Counted from the first letter of the stretch, positions 17,985 through 42,088 are shown. The stretch is 64,000 bases of DNA from the human T2T-CHM13v2.0 reference genome, Homo sapiens (GCF_009914755.1 NC_060941.1), one strand, 5' to 3'. The notes: generated by a model not told the origin, from the sequence alone. Program-made: numbers and translations.

Positions 17985-18679
17985 GAAAAGACGCTCAACC
18001 TCATTTAGCAGGAGACAAGTGCAAATGAAAACTATACCCAGACCCCGTTTTCCACAGAGCAGACTGGCAGAGATGCAAGCTTTCAGGACACACTCACTTG
18101 GCAAGAAGGGGAGGCCATTCTCCCGCTTTGCTAGCAGGCTGTAAAATGATACAATCTCCTCGGAAGGCAAGTTGGCAATATCTATCCACTAAGTGCACAA
18201 ATTCTTTGACCCAGCGATTCTACCTGTACAAACGGAACACCTAGCTATGCGTGCACATTTATGACATGACCCAGGCAGCATTGTTTGTAATAATGACAAA
18301 GGATTGGAGGCTCCTACATAGGTGACTGGTTCCACACTTGCGGTGTCCCCATGCGATGGATCACAGTAGGCAGAACAGATAATTGGAACCATTGATGGAC
18401 GAGTATGGAACCGTGTCCTAGATACATTGGAAAGAGGAAAAACAAAACAAAAGAAATTGAGGAGCAGAACGGGCTGTGGGGCTGGCTGGTTTCAATTCTC
18501 GATGAATGGATGAAATGGCACACTCCCATTTGGGTAAAGGAGGGTAACAGAGAAGCAATGTCTATGCTGGTCTAATGTGTGTGCTAAGGAATATCTCCGG
18601 ATGGATACCCCAGATTGGTTTCATTAGCTATACAGAGGCAAGCATATACCTTTTTGTAACTTGAGCATTTTAAAATATG

Positions 18680-18680
<1 letters not shown>
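17985..18680 (+). mobile_element. Old L1M 3'-region fragment
   Basis: Degenerate L1 ORF2-end/3'UTR motifs (GAAAAGACGCTCAACCTCAT, TTTGACCCAGCGATTC, GCAGCATTGTTTGTAATA). Confidence 0.7.
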
Positions 18681-20065
<1,385 letters not shown>

Positions 20066-20186
20066 TAGAACATGATCTAGACCACAGTACATATGGGCTC
20101 AGGAACCAGCTGTCAGAGAATGGCGTCAGATTCTAGCTCAGCTACGTCCTACCTGAGTGACTTTTAGGGGAGTTACTTTTTGGACT

Positions 20187-21382
<1,196 letters not shown>

Positions 21383-21838
21383 TTAATATATAGTAAAGTT
21401 GATTTTTGTTGTTGTTGTTGTTTCGATTTGCATAATCACCTTCACAATCAGGATACAGCTAGTTCCATCGCCCCAAGAAACCTCCTCAAGAGTCCCCTTC
21501 AGGGAGCCACATTCTTTCCCCACCCCAGCCTCTGCCTAGAAATGGCTAACATGTTCTCTGTAATTTTGTCTTCTTGAGAACGTCATAGAAATGGACTTTT
21601 ACGTGATATAACCTTTTGACTGGCTCTTTTCTTTAGAATAATGCCTTTGAGGTTCATCGCAGGTGTTGTGTATATCAATAGTTCATTTCGTTTAATTATG
21701 GGGATACCATAGTTTGTTTATCCATTCATTCATTGAAGGACATTTGGGTTGTTTCCAGTTTTTGGTGATTATGAATAGAGCTGCTATAGATATTTGTGCA
21801 GAGGTTTTTGTGTGAACAAAAGTTTTCATTTCTCTAGG

Positions 21839-22046
21839 CAGTAATTCTCAACTGGAGGCAATTTCGCCTCCCACGGGACATTTGGCAATGGCTCTGACAT
21901 TTATGATTGTCAAGGCGAAGTGCTGCTGGTATCTAGTTGGCAGAGGTCACGGATGCTGCTAAACAACCTATAATACATAGGACAGTCCCTACAACAAGGA
22001 ATGATCTGGCCCAAAATATCAATAGCACTGAGGCTGAGAAACCCTG
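21839..22046 (+). mobile_element. MER20 (hAT-Charlie)
   Basis: CAGTAATTCTCAAC...GGACATTTGGCAATG...GAGAAACCCTG termini. Confidence 0.88.
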
Positions 22047-22088
22047 GTCTTGGGAATACACAGAACTGAAGTTGTTGGTCATGTGGTA

Positions 22089-22469
22089 TGATATGGTTTG
22101 GCTGTGTCTCCCCACCCAAATCTCATCTTGAATTGTAGTTCCCATAATCCCCATGTGTCATGGGAGGGACCTGGTGGGAAGTAATTGAATCATGGAGGCA
22201 GTTAGCCCCATGCTGCTGTTCTCATGATAGTGAGCGTGTTCTTACGAGATCTGATTGTTTTATAAGGGGCTTTCCCCTCCTTCGCTCTGCACTTCTCCTT
22301 GCTGCTGCCATGTGAAGAAGGATATGTTTGTTTCCCCTTCCGCCATGATTGTAAGTTTCCTGAGGCCTCCCGAGCCATGCAGAACTGTGAGTCAATTAAA
22401 CCTCTTTCCTTTATAAATTACGCAGCCTCTGGTATGTCTTTATTAGCAGCATGAGAGCAGACTAATGCA
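22089..22469 (+). mobile_element. THE1 solo LTR (THE1C/D-like)
   Basis: TGATATGGTTTGGCTGTGTC start, CTAATGCA end, 5-bp TSD TGGTA/TGATA. Confidence 0.93.
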
Positions 22470-22868
22470 TGATACGTGTATGTTTCACTCTATAAAAAAA
22501 TTGCCAAACTGTTTTCCAGAGTGACTTTACCATTTTGCATTTCCACCAACAATGTTGAAGGTTCTAGGTGCTTTACATCTTTGGCAGTGTTTGACATTGT
22601 CTATCTTTTTAATTTTATCCATTATACTAGACATGTGGTGGTATCTCATTATGCCTTTAATTTGCATTTCCTTAACGGCTAGTCATGTTAAATATCATTT
22701 CATGAGCTTATTTGCCATCTGTGTATCCTCTTTGGTAAAGTGTCTATTCAAATCTTTTGCCCCTTTTAAAGTTGGATTTCTTTATTTCTTACTGTTGAAT
22801 TTTAAGGGTTCTTTATATATTATGGATGCAAGTTTCTTTGTGGAATATGTGATTTGCATCTTCTCTCA

Positions 22869-23400
<532 letters not shown>

Positions 23401-23704
23401 TTACGTCTTTGTCAAAACTGATGGAATTGACGTCTTTGTCAAAAATCAGTTGGGCTTATTTGTGTTTGGTCTATTTCTGTGTTCTCTAGTCTCTCTCATT
23501 GACTGCTGGCCTCTACCCATTTGCCAATACCACATTGTCCTGATGACTGCCACTTCACCATAAGTCTTCAAGCAGAGTAGTGTGATTGTAAGTCCTGTTG
23601 CTTTATTATCCTTCTTTATCAAAATTGTTTGGTTTTTCCAATTCTTTTGCCCTTCCGTAGACATTTTAGAATCATCTATCTATATCTACAACCTTTCCTT
23701 CTTC

Positions 23705-24003
<299 letters not shown>

Positions 24004-25221
24004 AACCTTTCCTTCTTTTTAACTTATTTTTACGAGGCATAGGCTTATGATGACCCCATTTTACTCTTTGTTCTAAGTAGGATTTTGACACTCAGAGTTC
24101 TAGGTAGAACCTTTGGGTAGGTTCCAAGGAAGGGAGAAATGCTGCTTTTATAGAAAACTCAAAAAAAAAAAAACAGCCATTCACCTGCTTCTTGGGAGAA
24201 CAGATTGCCTTTTGCCTAAGGAACATGAAGTGTGCAGATTTGCTTTCTTTTCTCACTGTGGAGCTGGTCTGTGCATTTTGTTCTCCACTAGTTTGCAAGG
24301 CCAAGTTATATTCACTTTTTTTGACAGCAAAATGGTAAGAACACTTCTGACTCGTCTTGGAAGATATTATTTATCCTTCTGAAACATGTTTTTCATCAGG
24401 TCAAATAACTTGCCTGAAACTGCTCATACAATTTCTTCTAAAAGTGGAGCAAGAGTTCATCTTGTCTTGTTCTGGGATTGTCAGATCTGAACACATTGCC
24501 CTCCAATTCTCTGGTTTCTAGAACAGACGAGGCTGCCACTCAACACCAAAACTAAGAGAAGGATTGAAGTGAGTGGGAATCACTAAAAGAGTCCTACTGG
24601 CCTTCTTCCTGGGACTGGGGAGCCAGCTGTCCTTTGCCCCTCCACTCCCAGCTCCCCGGTCCTGGACCTGGGAAGACTCCCCTGCTCCGGCCCTCCCTGC
24701 ATCCCTGAGAGGCCTGGAGAGCAGAGGCCTCTAGAGCTGATCGCTGTCTTGTTTACTACCTGAAACCAGGCCTCTGAGTTTTCTGCTTGTGCAACAAGAC
24801 GATCTGCTTGAGGAAGAGAAGTCATGGGCCACTCATTAAGACAGCCAGTCCCAGGGGAAAGAGAAATGGGTGAGGCCTGGGATGTAGGAGCTCCTTCTGG
24901 CTCTGTCGCTGGCTTACTGCTATACCTGGGACAAAGAATGACTTCCTCAAGCCCGTTGTGCTCACCTATAAACTGGCAACTATGCGATCTGACCTGCTCA
25001 TCTCATGGAATTGTTGCAAGACTCAAATGATCAAGCAAGTTTTCTAGGAAACATCTGGAAAGAGGCAGCCCAAACTGTTCAGAATGGCTTCTCTAGGGAA
25101 GAGGATATGGGAGCGAATGGAGAGAACTGCGGTTATTCCGCTTTTGTCTTCGATTAATTCTGATCTTGTTTCCAAATGTTTTAACAAATACGGATTCCTT
25201 TTGTGATTGAAAAAGTTTGTA

Positions 25222-26163
<942 letters not shown>

Positions 26164-27383
26164 TCAGCTAGGATGTGGACCTGGGTTGAGGTCCCCTCCA
26201 TGGCTTCCTGTTGACTGTGAGTCTGGCTCCTGCCTCCTTCCTCTGAGCCTCCCAGGCATGGAGCATGTGTTTCTCCCTGGCTATCTGGCCAGCCCAGCCT
26301 GCAGGCAGGCACTGTGGTGCCAGAGAGAGCGCTGCTGCTGAACAGAATAGAGTCAGCACAAAACACATTAAAAAATCAATCGCTGGGACAGCAGCCCACC
26401 AGAGAAAGGGACCTGGGTGCAGAGGCCATCCTCCCAAGGAGCTGGTGCAGCTGGGGGCTCAGGGCATGCCAATGGCTCAGCAGGTGCAGTGGCCAGCCTG
26501 GCCAGAAGTACTCCAGGCACAAAGACACAGCCAGAGGCTGGCACAACTTCACCGGGCAGCAAGGAGCAATGGGGTCGTGTGCCTCTATACGTGTTTAGTT
26601 GCTGTTTGGAAGCCGCTTGCAGGTGGAATGCGTGTTCTGATCTCCCCATGTGGCTGAGATCCGTCCAGGGCAGGCCTTCGCTTCCCCAGAGCCCCTCCCA
26701 CATCTGAGAAAATAGCTGGGGGTGCCGCCCGTGGAGAACCCAGGATACCCCAGTAGCAAGAAAAGGCACCCAAGAAAGAGACCACCGCTGTTCCTAATGG
26801 GGCAGTCCTGACTGTCACTCTGACCAATGACAGGAGGGCAGAACCCCTAGGACCTCTCTCTGTGGAGTGGGGAGAGAGGGCAGGGACGGCAGGGAGCCCA
26901 GCCTCTCTAGCCAGCCCCACCAACCAGGTCGCATTCACAGATGAGCTCATTAGGGGCTCACTCAGGAATTCACCTCCTGCCCCCAGGCTCTGCAGACATT
27001 TATGGTGGGGGTAGGATTCCTGTGTGCTGAAAACAAATTCTGTCCTGTCCTCCTACCACTACCTGGACCTGCGGGGGAGGGGGCACAAGTTGTCCTGCGC
27101 TAGCGGCTGTCCCGAGCCTCAGGGGGGCTACAGCTGCTCAGTGAGCAGGGTGGCCCCTGAGAAGGAGTGAGGAGGACCCAGTCCTGAGTCAGCACCACTC
27201 AGACCCCCACCCTGCTCCCCTCCTGAACAAGTTCAGCACATGGGGTTGGGACACAGACACAAATACCCCATCCAACGAACTCTCTCTGATTGGAAACACA
27301 AATCTCTCCCCTCTTCCATCAGGATCCCAGACAGAAACCATCTCATGCAGAGAGCATCCTGAGGCCCCACCTCCTCCCCAGTT

Positions 27384-27607
27384 CAGGGCTCAGCAAACTT
27401 TTTCTGTAAAGAGCCAAATAGCAAACATTTTCAACTACATTCGTGACCATGTGGTCCCTATCACTATTCAACTCTGCCAGTACAGCACGAAAGCAGACAG
27501 ACAATAAGGCAACAAATGGGCATGGCCACGTTCCAATAAAACTTTATTTATACAAACAGATGGCAGGCTGGATTTGGTTTGTGGACTGTAGTTTGCTGAC
27601 CCAGCTG
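27384..27607 (+). mobile_element. MER58A-like (hAT-Charlie)
   Basis: CAGGGCTCAGCAAACTTTTTCTGTAAAG...CCAATAAAACTTTATTT...AGTTTGCTGACCC. Confidence 0.85.
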
Positions 27608-27654
27608 TAATTCACCAGGCACGTCCTAGGGCAGGTCTGAGCACCCTTTAGGAT

Positions 27655-28443
<789 letters not shown>

Positions 28444-28754
28444 GAAAATATGAAAGCCAATATACAAGAAGAAAAGGACAGGAGTGGGTGAGGCGCCTTG
28501 GGAGGCTCCACAGACAAAAGGCAGGTAAGAAGCTGTATTGGGATAACTATGGCTTCATGTTTTCCAGAGGAAGAGGGGGCAGTGCCTCTGAGCCACCACG
28601 GGCTCAGCTGGGGGCCTGGGGGCCTGTCTCTTGCACACCTGCCGGGCTTTCCTGGGAAGCTGACGGCCCTTGGTGGAAAGGTTCCTTGGGGGTTTGTGGG
28701 ATGAGCATCCCAGTGGCTGCATAAGGGGTTGGGTAGCGTCGCTCACTATTTAAT

Positions 28755-29468
28755 AGTCTACCTGGAATCTCAGAATGTGACCAATTTGGAATTAGGGTCT
28801 TTACAGATAGAATTAAGGTAAGGGCCAGGTGCAGTGCCTCACACCTATAATCCTAGCACTTTGGGAGGCCTAGGTGGGCAGATAGCTCGAGCCCAGGAGT
28901 TTGAGACCAGCCTGAGCACCATGGCAAAACCTTGTCTCTACAAAAAATACAAAAATTAGGCAAGTGTGGTGGTACACACCTGAGTCCCAGCTACTCAGGA
29001 GGCTGAGGCAGGAGCATCGCTTGACCCCAGAAGGTGGAGGCTGCAGTGAGCTGTGATGACTGTGTCACTGCACTCCAGTCTGGGCAACAGAGTGAGACCC
29101 TGCCTCCAAAAAAAAAAAAAAAAAAAAAAAAGGTAAGGACTGAGATAAGATCATACAAGATTAGGATGGGCCCAAAATTCAATGAGAATGTCCCTATAGG
29201 AACCAAAAAAGGACATAGTGAGACTTACAGGAGAAGGCCCTGTGACAATGGGGCAGAGATTGGAATGCCAAGGATTGCTGGGAGTCCCCAAAGCTAGAGA
29301 AATGGAACAGATTCTTCCTAGGCACCTCCAGAAGGAACCTACCCTGCCCACACCTTGATCTTGGACATCTGGCCTCAGAACTGTGAGAGGATTGAGAGGA
29401 TAAATGTCTCTGTCTCTGAAGTCACCCAGTTTATAGGAATTTCTTTCATCAGTGACAGGAAATGAATA
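28755..29468 (+). mobile_element. MaLR LTR (MLT1B/C-like) split by sense Alu (~28823-29131)
   Basis: CAGAATGTGACC..TTTGGAA..AGGGTCTTT and CACACCTTGATCTTGGAC..CAGAACTGTGAGA; TSD AAGGTAAGG. Confidence 0.8.
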
Positions 29469-29486
29469 TTTTATGTGTGAACTTTG

Positions 29487-31195
29487 GTTTTTTGTTTTGT
29501 TTTGTTTCTTTTTGAGACAGACATTTGCTCTATCACCCAGGCTGGAGTGCAGCCTCCTGAGGAGCTGGGATTACAGGTGTGGGCCACCACATCTGGCTAA
29601 TTTTTGTACTTTTAGTGGAGACAGGTTTCGCCATGTTGGCCAGGCTGGTCTCAAACTCCTGACCTCAGGTGATCTTCCCGCCTCGGCCTCCCAAAGTGCT
29701 GGGATTACAGGCGTGAGCCACCATGCCCAGCATTTATGTATGAACTTTGGAGGGTGGTTCCCAATGTCCCTGGTTCCCAGCCACTCTGAGGTCCCCAGTG
29801 ATGATTGTAGAGTGAGAGAATGGACAGAGAAAGGGACAAATAAAGAGAGAAACAGCTGGCGGGGCAGGGGATAGCTTGGAAAGCCGGGGAGCAGTGCCAG
29901 TTTAAGGGAAGCCACTGCAGGGTGCCAGGAGGGGGGCGAGGCCAGAAAACACACAGAAGAGGTGAGGCTGGCTGTGCATGGCACCGGCTCCTCTAGGCCT
30001 GAGAAATGCAAACAGGCAGAGCTGTGGCCAGTTCTTTATCCAAGAGATAGCCAGTTCAATGAAAGGCTTATTTGGACGGCTTTGGCGCCTGTGCCTGCAC
30101 AGAGGACAGTCAGAAGCCACCCCCATGAAACCACCCAACTGCCTGGTCAGGGCTGTGGTCAGGATATGGGAGGGAGGCCAGGCTGGATGGTGGCCAGGGA
30201 CAGGACTCTGTATCTTGGCCCTGGTCTTGGTGGCCCAGGGCTCTAATCCCCATTGCACCAGGCAACCCAGCAGCATCTGGAGAGCTGGGGAGGGGCTAAG
30301 GTTGCTCAGCGGCTTTTCTTTTCAGGGGTCTCCGCTGCTCCCCACACTCTCCAGCCAAAGCCAGGACCCCTACGTTGTCACAGTGACAAACCTTCTAACC
30401 TGGGCAGCTCAGGAGGCTTAGGAGTGGGACTGGCCCTCATTCTGGGTGGTAGCGGGCACCACTTCCTCCCCTCCCTGTCACTGCCCCATTGATGGGTAGA
30501 GTCCCTTTCTCCACCACCCCATTCAATCTGGGATGTCTTGACCAAGAGAATATGGTGGTGTCAGCATGTGACTCTGTGCCAGATGCGCCGGGAGGCCTGG
30601 AGAGGACTGGCAATGTCTACCTGCTTTTGAAGCCAGGAGCTTACATTTGTGAAGCCTGGGGCTGGGTGCAGTGGCGCATGCCTGTAATCCTAGCATTTTG
30701 GGAGGCCAAGGCAGGAGGATCATTTGAGTCCAGGAGTTGGAGACCAGTCTGGGCAACAGTGACACCTCATCTCTACAAAAAATAAACAAAATTAGCTGGG
30801 TGTGGTGGTACCGATTTGTGGTCCCAGCTACTCAGGAAGCTCAGACAGGAGGATTGTTTAGACCTGGAAGGAGGCTGCAGTGAGCTGAAATTATGCTACT
30901 ACACTCCAGCCTGGGCAACAAAGCAAGACCCTTTCTCAAGAAAAAAAAAAAAAAAGCAGCCCCAGCCAGGCTGTACTGCTGAGAGGCCACGTGGAGGAGC
31001 CCTGAGTCACCACCTTGGACACCCAGCCTGGTTGAGCCTTCAGATGACCACAGCCCCAGCTGCTATCTGCTTGCAACTACCCAGAGATCCCTGAGGAAGA
31101 ACTGGCCAGTTGAGCCCCATCAACCCACGCAACCATGAGAGAGAAAAATAAATTGTTGTGTTAAGCCACTAAGTTTTGGGGTAGTGTGTTCACAC
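29487..31195. mobile_element. Antisense Alu with deletion (~29487-29731), sense AluJ (~30660-30955), MLT1 fragment (~30960-31195), separated by unique DNA
   Basis: Alu motifs; MLT1 3' end AAATAAATTGTTGTGTTAAGCCACTAAGTTTTGGGG. Confidence 0.75.
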
Positions 31196-31593
31196 AACTG
31201 TTCCCTTTCCCATCCTCATTCACTGGCTACTTCGGGGCCACAAGGACCCCCAAGCTCCAGAATCCATAGTCCCTCATTAATGATTTGACCTAGTGGTATC
31301 CCTGGTGAGACCAGCCTGGGTGGCAGGGTAGAGTTGCTGGGTGGCACTCTTTCTGGGGTTGATAGAAATATTTACATTAAAATCCATAAATATTTGTAAA
31401 ACGGCTGGATGTTTGCAGCACTCTGAGGAGTAAAACAGCACACAATACCTTTTATTTGAAGAGCAGTAATGAGTGTTTCAAGCACTCTAATATATTTCAT
31501 CACATTTCACCCATGACAACCATGAAAGGCAGCCGGGCAGGCATCCTCCCTTTTATGATTGAGCAGGAAACTACATTAAGGCCACACAAATAG

Positions 31594-32473
<880 letters not shown>

Positions 32474-32769
32474 CTGGAGAGCAGTTTTCGACTCGGACAA
32501 GCCCCCTTTCCCGGGCTGGAGGAAGGACAGGCAGTAGCCATGAGCCCTGGAGTCAACTTCCTGGATCCAGCTGTGGCTCTGCCCTTAGTTAGGATAACCT
32601 GGCAGCTAGTTACTGAAGCTGTAAAGGGAGATGCCATTTATCCAGCTGTAAACGGAGATTCACTGCTGGAGAGAGCTCTACTGCTGAGACCTGGTGAACC
32701 GGCTCCTCTAGGCCTGAGAAATGCAAACAGGCAGAGGACAGGCTTTGGGGGCTGCCTCAACTGACAGAG

Positions 32770-34141
32770 CACAGCGGAAGTGACCCTCTGTGATGCTGAA
32801 AGCCAGATCAAAGAATGTGTGGTGTCTGCCTTGCTCTCCAGGAAGCAGTCGGACTTCCCTAAGGCTGCCACACACTGAGGAAGCCCTAACTAGCCACAGG
32901 GAGAGGCCCTGAGGCCACATAAAGGAAGGAGGACACACAGATGCCTGCCTGTCCCCTGCTACCTCAGCCCCATGCTGTCCCAGCAGCGTGCACTGCCTGA
33001 CTGCACCTGTCTGAAAGACCCAGAGCTCTAACCTGGTCTCTACAAAAAACAAACAAAATTAGCTGGGCGTGGTGGTGCATGCCTGTAGTCCCACTACTCA
33101 GGAGGCTGAGACAGGAGGATCATTTAGGCCTGGGAGAAGCCTGCAGGGAGCTAAGATCATGCCCAGCCAGGCCCTGCCTGGACTCCTAGCCCAAAGAAAG
33201 CATGGGAGGTAATAAGATGGTTGTTGAAGCCACTACGTCTGGATGTTATTTGTTCCACAGCAACGTCACATAACGGGGACAGGGTGGCTGGGGTAGAGTG
33301 GGATGAAATGTGTCCCACCTGCTCCCCTAAAAGAAAAAAGAGGGAGAGAGAGAGATGTTCACCTGGAACCTCGGAAAGTGACCTTGGTTGGAATAAGTGT
33401 CTTCACAGATGTAATTAAAATGTGGATCTTGAGATCAGATCTTTCTAGTTTAGGGGAGGTCCTAAATTCAGTGACCAATGTTCTTATGAGACAGAAAAGG
33501 AGAAGACATAGGGAGCCATAGAGATGTGGGAGGCACGATGAGTCCATGGGAGCACAGAGGCAGAGACTGGAGTGATGAGGCCACAAGCCAAGAAACACCT
33601 GGAGCCCCCAGAAGCTGGAGGAGGCAAGGAAGCATCCTCCTCTTGAGTCTTCAGAGGGAAAGTAGCCTGGCTGACACCTTAATTTCAGACTTCTGGTCCC
33701 CAGAATGGTGAGAATGAAATTTCCGTTGTTTTAAGCCACTACGTTCATGACAATTTGAGTTTTTTGGGTTTTTTTGTTTTTTGTTTTTTGGTTTTTTTTT
33801 TTTTTTTTTTTTTTTTTGGACAGGATCTCGCTTTGTTGCCCCGGCTGGGGCGCTATGGCATGATCTCGGTTCACTACAACCTCTGCCTCCTAGGTTCAAG
33901 CAATTCTCCTGCCTCAGCCTCCCAAGTAGCTGGGATTACAAGTGCCCACCACCACACCCAGCTAATTTTTGTATTTTTAGTAGAGACGGGGTTTCACCAT
34001 GTTGGCCAGGCTGGTCTCAAACTCTTGACCTCAGGTGATCCACCTGCCTCAGCCTCCAGAAGTTCTGGGATTACAGGCGTGAGCCACCACGCCTCGCTAG
34101 TTCATGGTAATTTGCTGTGGCAGCCCGGGGGAATTAGCACA
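32770..34141 (+). mobile_element. Two adjacent MLT1 LTR remnants with inserted Alus (~33030-33165 sense, ~33760-34097 antisense)
   Basis: MLT1 motifs (GAAGCCACTACGT, GCTGACACCTTAATTTCAGACTTCTGG). Confidence 0.75.
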
Positions 34142-34994
34142 GGGGGCTAGAGGTTCCCACGCTGCTGTCATCACAGTGACTGTATTTTACAACTCCTAAG
34201 TCAGATGCGGAACTGCAAAACAGGATGCTCCTCAGGGAAATAAGAGGACAGCAGCTTTGTAATCAGGTGTCCTGGGATAATGGAAGATGCCTACTGGCCA
34301 CAGCTAGAGTGAGGCCCAGAGGGCCAGAAGGCTCAGGGCAAGAAATACCGGAGAGGCTCGCCATCAGGATGCAGTTTGTCTCTCACAGCTCCTTACAGAA
34401 AAGCTCAAATGAAACAAAAATAAGCAAAAGTATGATTGACCCATGGGGGTCCTCAGTCTCTTCATCCTAGAGTTTAGATCATCTCTCTCCAATACCCACA
34501 GTGCATCTTTTTGGCAGAGTGAAGGTAGCCAAAAACCCTTCCCCCAAAGATCTTGTGTGGATTTGGGATTAAATCCCCACCTGGATAGAGTTGGGTGTTT
34601 TGTTTTGTTTTGTTTTAGAGATGGAGGTCTCCCTTTGCTGACCAGGCTGGCGTGCAGTGGCACGATGATAGCTCACTGAAACCTTGAATTCCTGAGCTCA
34701 AGCTATCCTCCTGCCTAAGCCTCCTGAGTAGCTGGGACTGCAGGTGTGCACCACCGCACCTGGCTAATTTTTAAATTTTTTTGTAGAGACAGGATCTTGC
34801 CATCTTGCCCGGGCCATTCGCAAACTCATGGGCTCAAGCGATCCTCCCACCTCTCCCAAAGTGTTGGGATCACAGGGGTGAGTGAGCCACCGCACCCGGC
34901 ACTGTGGAGTTGGTTTAACCAAAATACAATTCTCACCATAAATACATTTTTGACTTAAAGATATTTCCACCTGTATGGTGGCATTGCACCCGGC

Positions 34995-35920
<926 letters not shown>

Positions 35921-36564
35921 GTTCTTCCCCTGAAACTACAATCCTGTATGTATCTTAATGACTGGTTGACATTTCTGTCTCCGTGATTAGATGAGTGTCT
36001 AGGGGGCAGAGGTGGTGACTCAGTTTCCCTTGTAACTTTTGCCTGGCTTGCTGGAAGTATTCATTAAGTATCTGTAGAAATGGGCCTGACACATCGGGAA
36101 GCTACAGTATGAAGGGCCAAAGGGACTTACCTGAGCTCACCTCGCTCACTGGAGGCAGAGCCGGGACTAGCAACCAATTCCCAATGCAGTCTTTTCCTGG
36201 CATGCACGTCCAAGTGCCTGGTTTGGCGGAGGAGTCAGTGAGCACCCGGAATGAGGGGCTGGGTGGTGTTTCTTGGAGGGGTGCCAGGACTCTGCCTAGA
36301 AACAGAGCTTTCAGAGAAATGGTGGCTTCTGAAACATAGAGGAAGACACGGGGCATAGAGATGTTTGGGATAGTCAGGTGGGAAAGTTCTGGAGCCAAAT
36401 CGGCCTTAGGAGGATAAAACATCCAAGGAAGAAATCAATGGAGACAAATTCTGTCGGCAGAATCCAGAATCCACTGAAAGCCATGAGGACCCTCCAGTGA
36501 GAGAGGGCATCCACAGCTTGGAAAAATGGCCTAGGTATCAAGGGCTTTCGAAGTGACTTAAGGA

Positions 36565-37065
36565 GCTGGGTGTGGTGGCTGGTATGTGCCTATGGTCCCA
36601 GCTACTCAGGAGGCTGAAGCGGGAGGATCACCTGAGCCCAGGAGTTCAAGTCTGCAGTGAGCTATGATCATGCCATTGCACTCCAGCCTGTGTGACAAAG
36701 TGACACCCTGTCTCAAAAAAATAAAAATAAAGGCCGGGCCTGTAAACCCAACACTTTGGGAGGCCAAGGCGGGTGGGTCATTTGAAGTCAGGAGTTTGAG
36801 ACCAGCCCAGCCAACATGGTGAAACCTCGTTTCTACTAAAAATACAAAAATTAGCCAGGTGTGGTGGCAGGCGACTGTAATCCCATCTACTCAGGAGGCT
36901 GAGGCACGAGAATCGCTTGAACTCAGGAGGCAGAGGTTGCGGTGGGCCAAGGTCGCACCGCTGCACTCCAGCCTTGGTGACAGAGTGAGACTCTATCTCA
37001 AAAAAATAAAATAAAATAAAATAAAATAAAATAAAATAAAATAAAATAAAAACAAATAAATAAAT
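36565..37065 (+). mobile_element. Sense Alu monomer plus AluS with (TAAAA)n tail
   Basis: Alu motifs; TSD AAGTGACTTAA. Confidence 0.88.
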
Positions 37066-37249
37066 ACACAAAGTGACTTAAAAGAATTGCCCGCCTATGC
37101 TGCTATCTGCTGATGATGTCATTGACAAGGCAGGTCAGTCTAATCATCACTCTTTCCTCAGCTTCCATGATCATGATTTCTCCCAGCACCTCAGTAATGA
37201 AGGTGACACTGACTCATATGTACACAGGGCTTTTCACATCATGAAGCCT

Positions 37250-39850
<2,601 letters not shown>

Positions 39851-40163
39851 AAGACTGCTGGGAGGACCAAAGGAGTTAATATTTAACTTCTAATGGTCCC
39901 TGTGGCATAGTAAATGTGAGTCATTATAATTTGCATGGGTGACTAAGAAGCTCAAAAGAGGCGAAAAGACAACTCCAGGGCAACACAGCCTGTGACTCAT
40001 TGGTCAGGCTGAGTCCTGAACCTGGGTCTCCTGGCTCCCTGCACAGTGCTCATGGTTCAACTGAAACCTGGAACTAGAATGGCCAGTGAAATCCGATGCT
40101 CTGTGTGACTGTAACTTCTGTTATTCCCTCCTGTGTGGCAGGCTGTTTCAGCAGCCGTGCACT

Positions 40164-40254
40164 GTCTCCCATCCAAGTACTAATCAGGCCCAACCCTGCT
40201 TAGCTTCCTAGATGAGACGAGATCGGGTGCGTTCAGGGTGGTATGGCTGTAGAC
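40164..40254 (-). pseudogene. 5S rRNA retropseudogene (nt 1-91), 3'-truncated, tailless
   Basis: Reverse complement GTCTACAGCCATACCACCCTGAACGCACCCGATCTC...GGATGGGAGAC differs from human 5S nt 1-91 at 6 positions. Flanked by 16-bp direct repeats GCAGCC(G/A)TGCACTGTC. Confidence 0.96.
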
Positions 40255-40457
40255 GCAGCCATGCACTGTCAACAGCTGGCTATGCACCTGTGCTGGGGTG
40301 GGGAGGGCAGCCAGTTGGGTCAGACTGTGGCTCTGTGCCTGACCCTGAGAAGAGAGAGCCCTTGGTCCCTGCAGGAGGGGTGTTAGGAAGGTGCGCTAGG
40401 GCAGGCAGACAGCAGACTGCATAGCGTCTGAGAGGGGCTTTTCTGGATCACATTTCA

Positions 40458-40940
<483 letters not shown>

Positions 40941-41602
40941 CCAAAATGACTTATGACAAGCGGAGGCCCAGGAGCCACAGTTCCCCTGGAAGGTCTACTC
41001 CCTTCTTTCTTCTAAGTCTGTGGCTTCTGCCCCACATCTGAGAACAAAAAGCAGTGAATGGCCAGAGTGATGCAAAGAAAAAAGAGCAGAAACAAGACAA
41101 GCTAGTGGCCTGTGCAATTCACCTTTGAATGGGCAATATTCTCTATGAAAATTGGATGCAAAGAACCTCCAAGTGTGCTTGTAGCTTTCTAAAGACTCCT
41201 CATGGCTAGGTTTTCCTTAACGGAAAACATCAAGGAAGGTTACTGAGTGTGGTTTCTCTGAAATTGCCATCAGGACCTAAAATACCCCATAACGAGGAGC
41301 TCCGATCCTTTCGGCTGATTTACTTTTTCTCCGGAGCCTTACCATTTTCTAGAAAGAGGAAGTTAGGAGTGATGGGGCAAGACCAGACAACAGCAGATAA
41401 TCATTCCATGATAATTGCCTTTGATGTCCCGGAAGAGACAACGTGCAAAGAGTCAGCTCCCAAAATATCTTGATAAGATCTTGCCTTTGGGGTTGGCTCA
41501 TTTTCTCTGTGCTCTCTGCCCCTCCCTCCCTAGGGCTTCGCTTTGTGTGCAGCTAACCAAGGCTTCTCACAGCAAGCCTCCCCACCAAGGATTCCATGCT
41601 CA

Positions 41603-41991
<389 letters not shown>

Positions 41992-42088
41992 CTACCACAC
42001 ACAATCCGATCACAGCTACGGCTCCTCAGCCCCCAGACTCCACTTTAACCCTCCTGGGAAGCATTTGCTTGTTTTGAACATGGATTTG

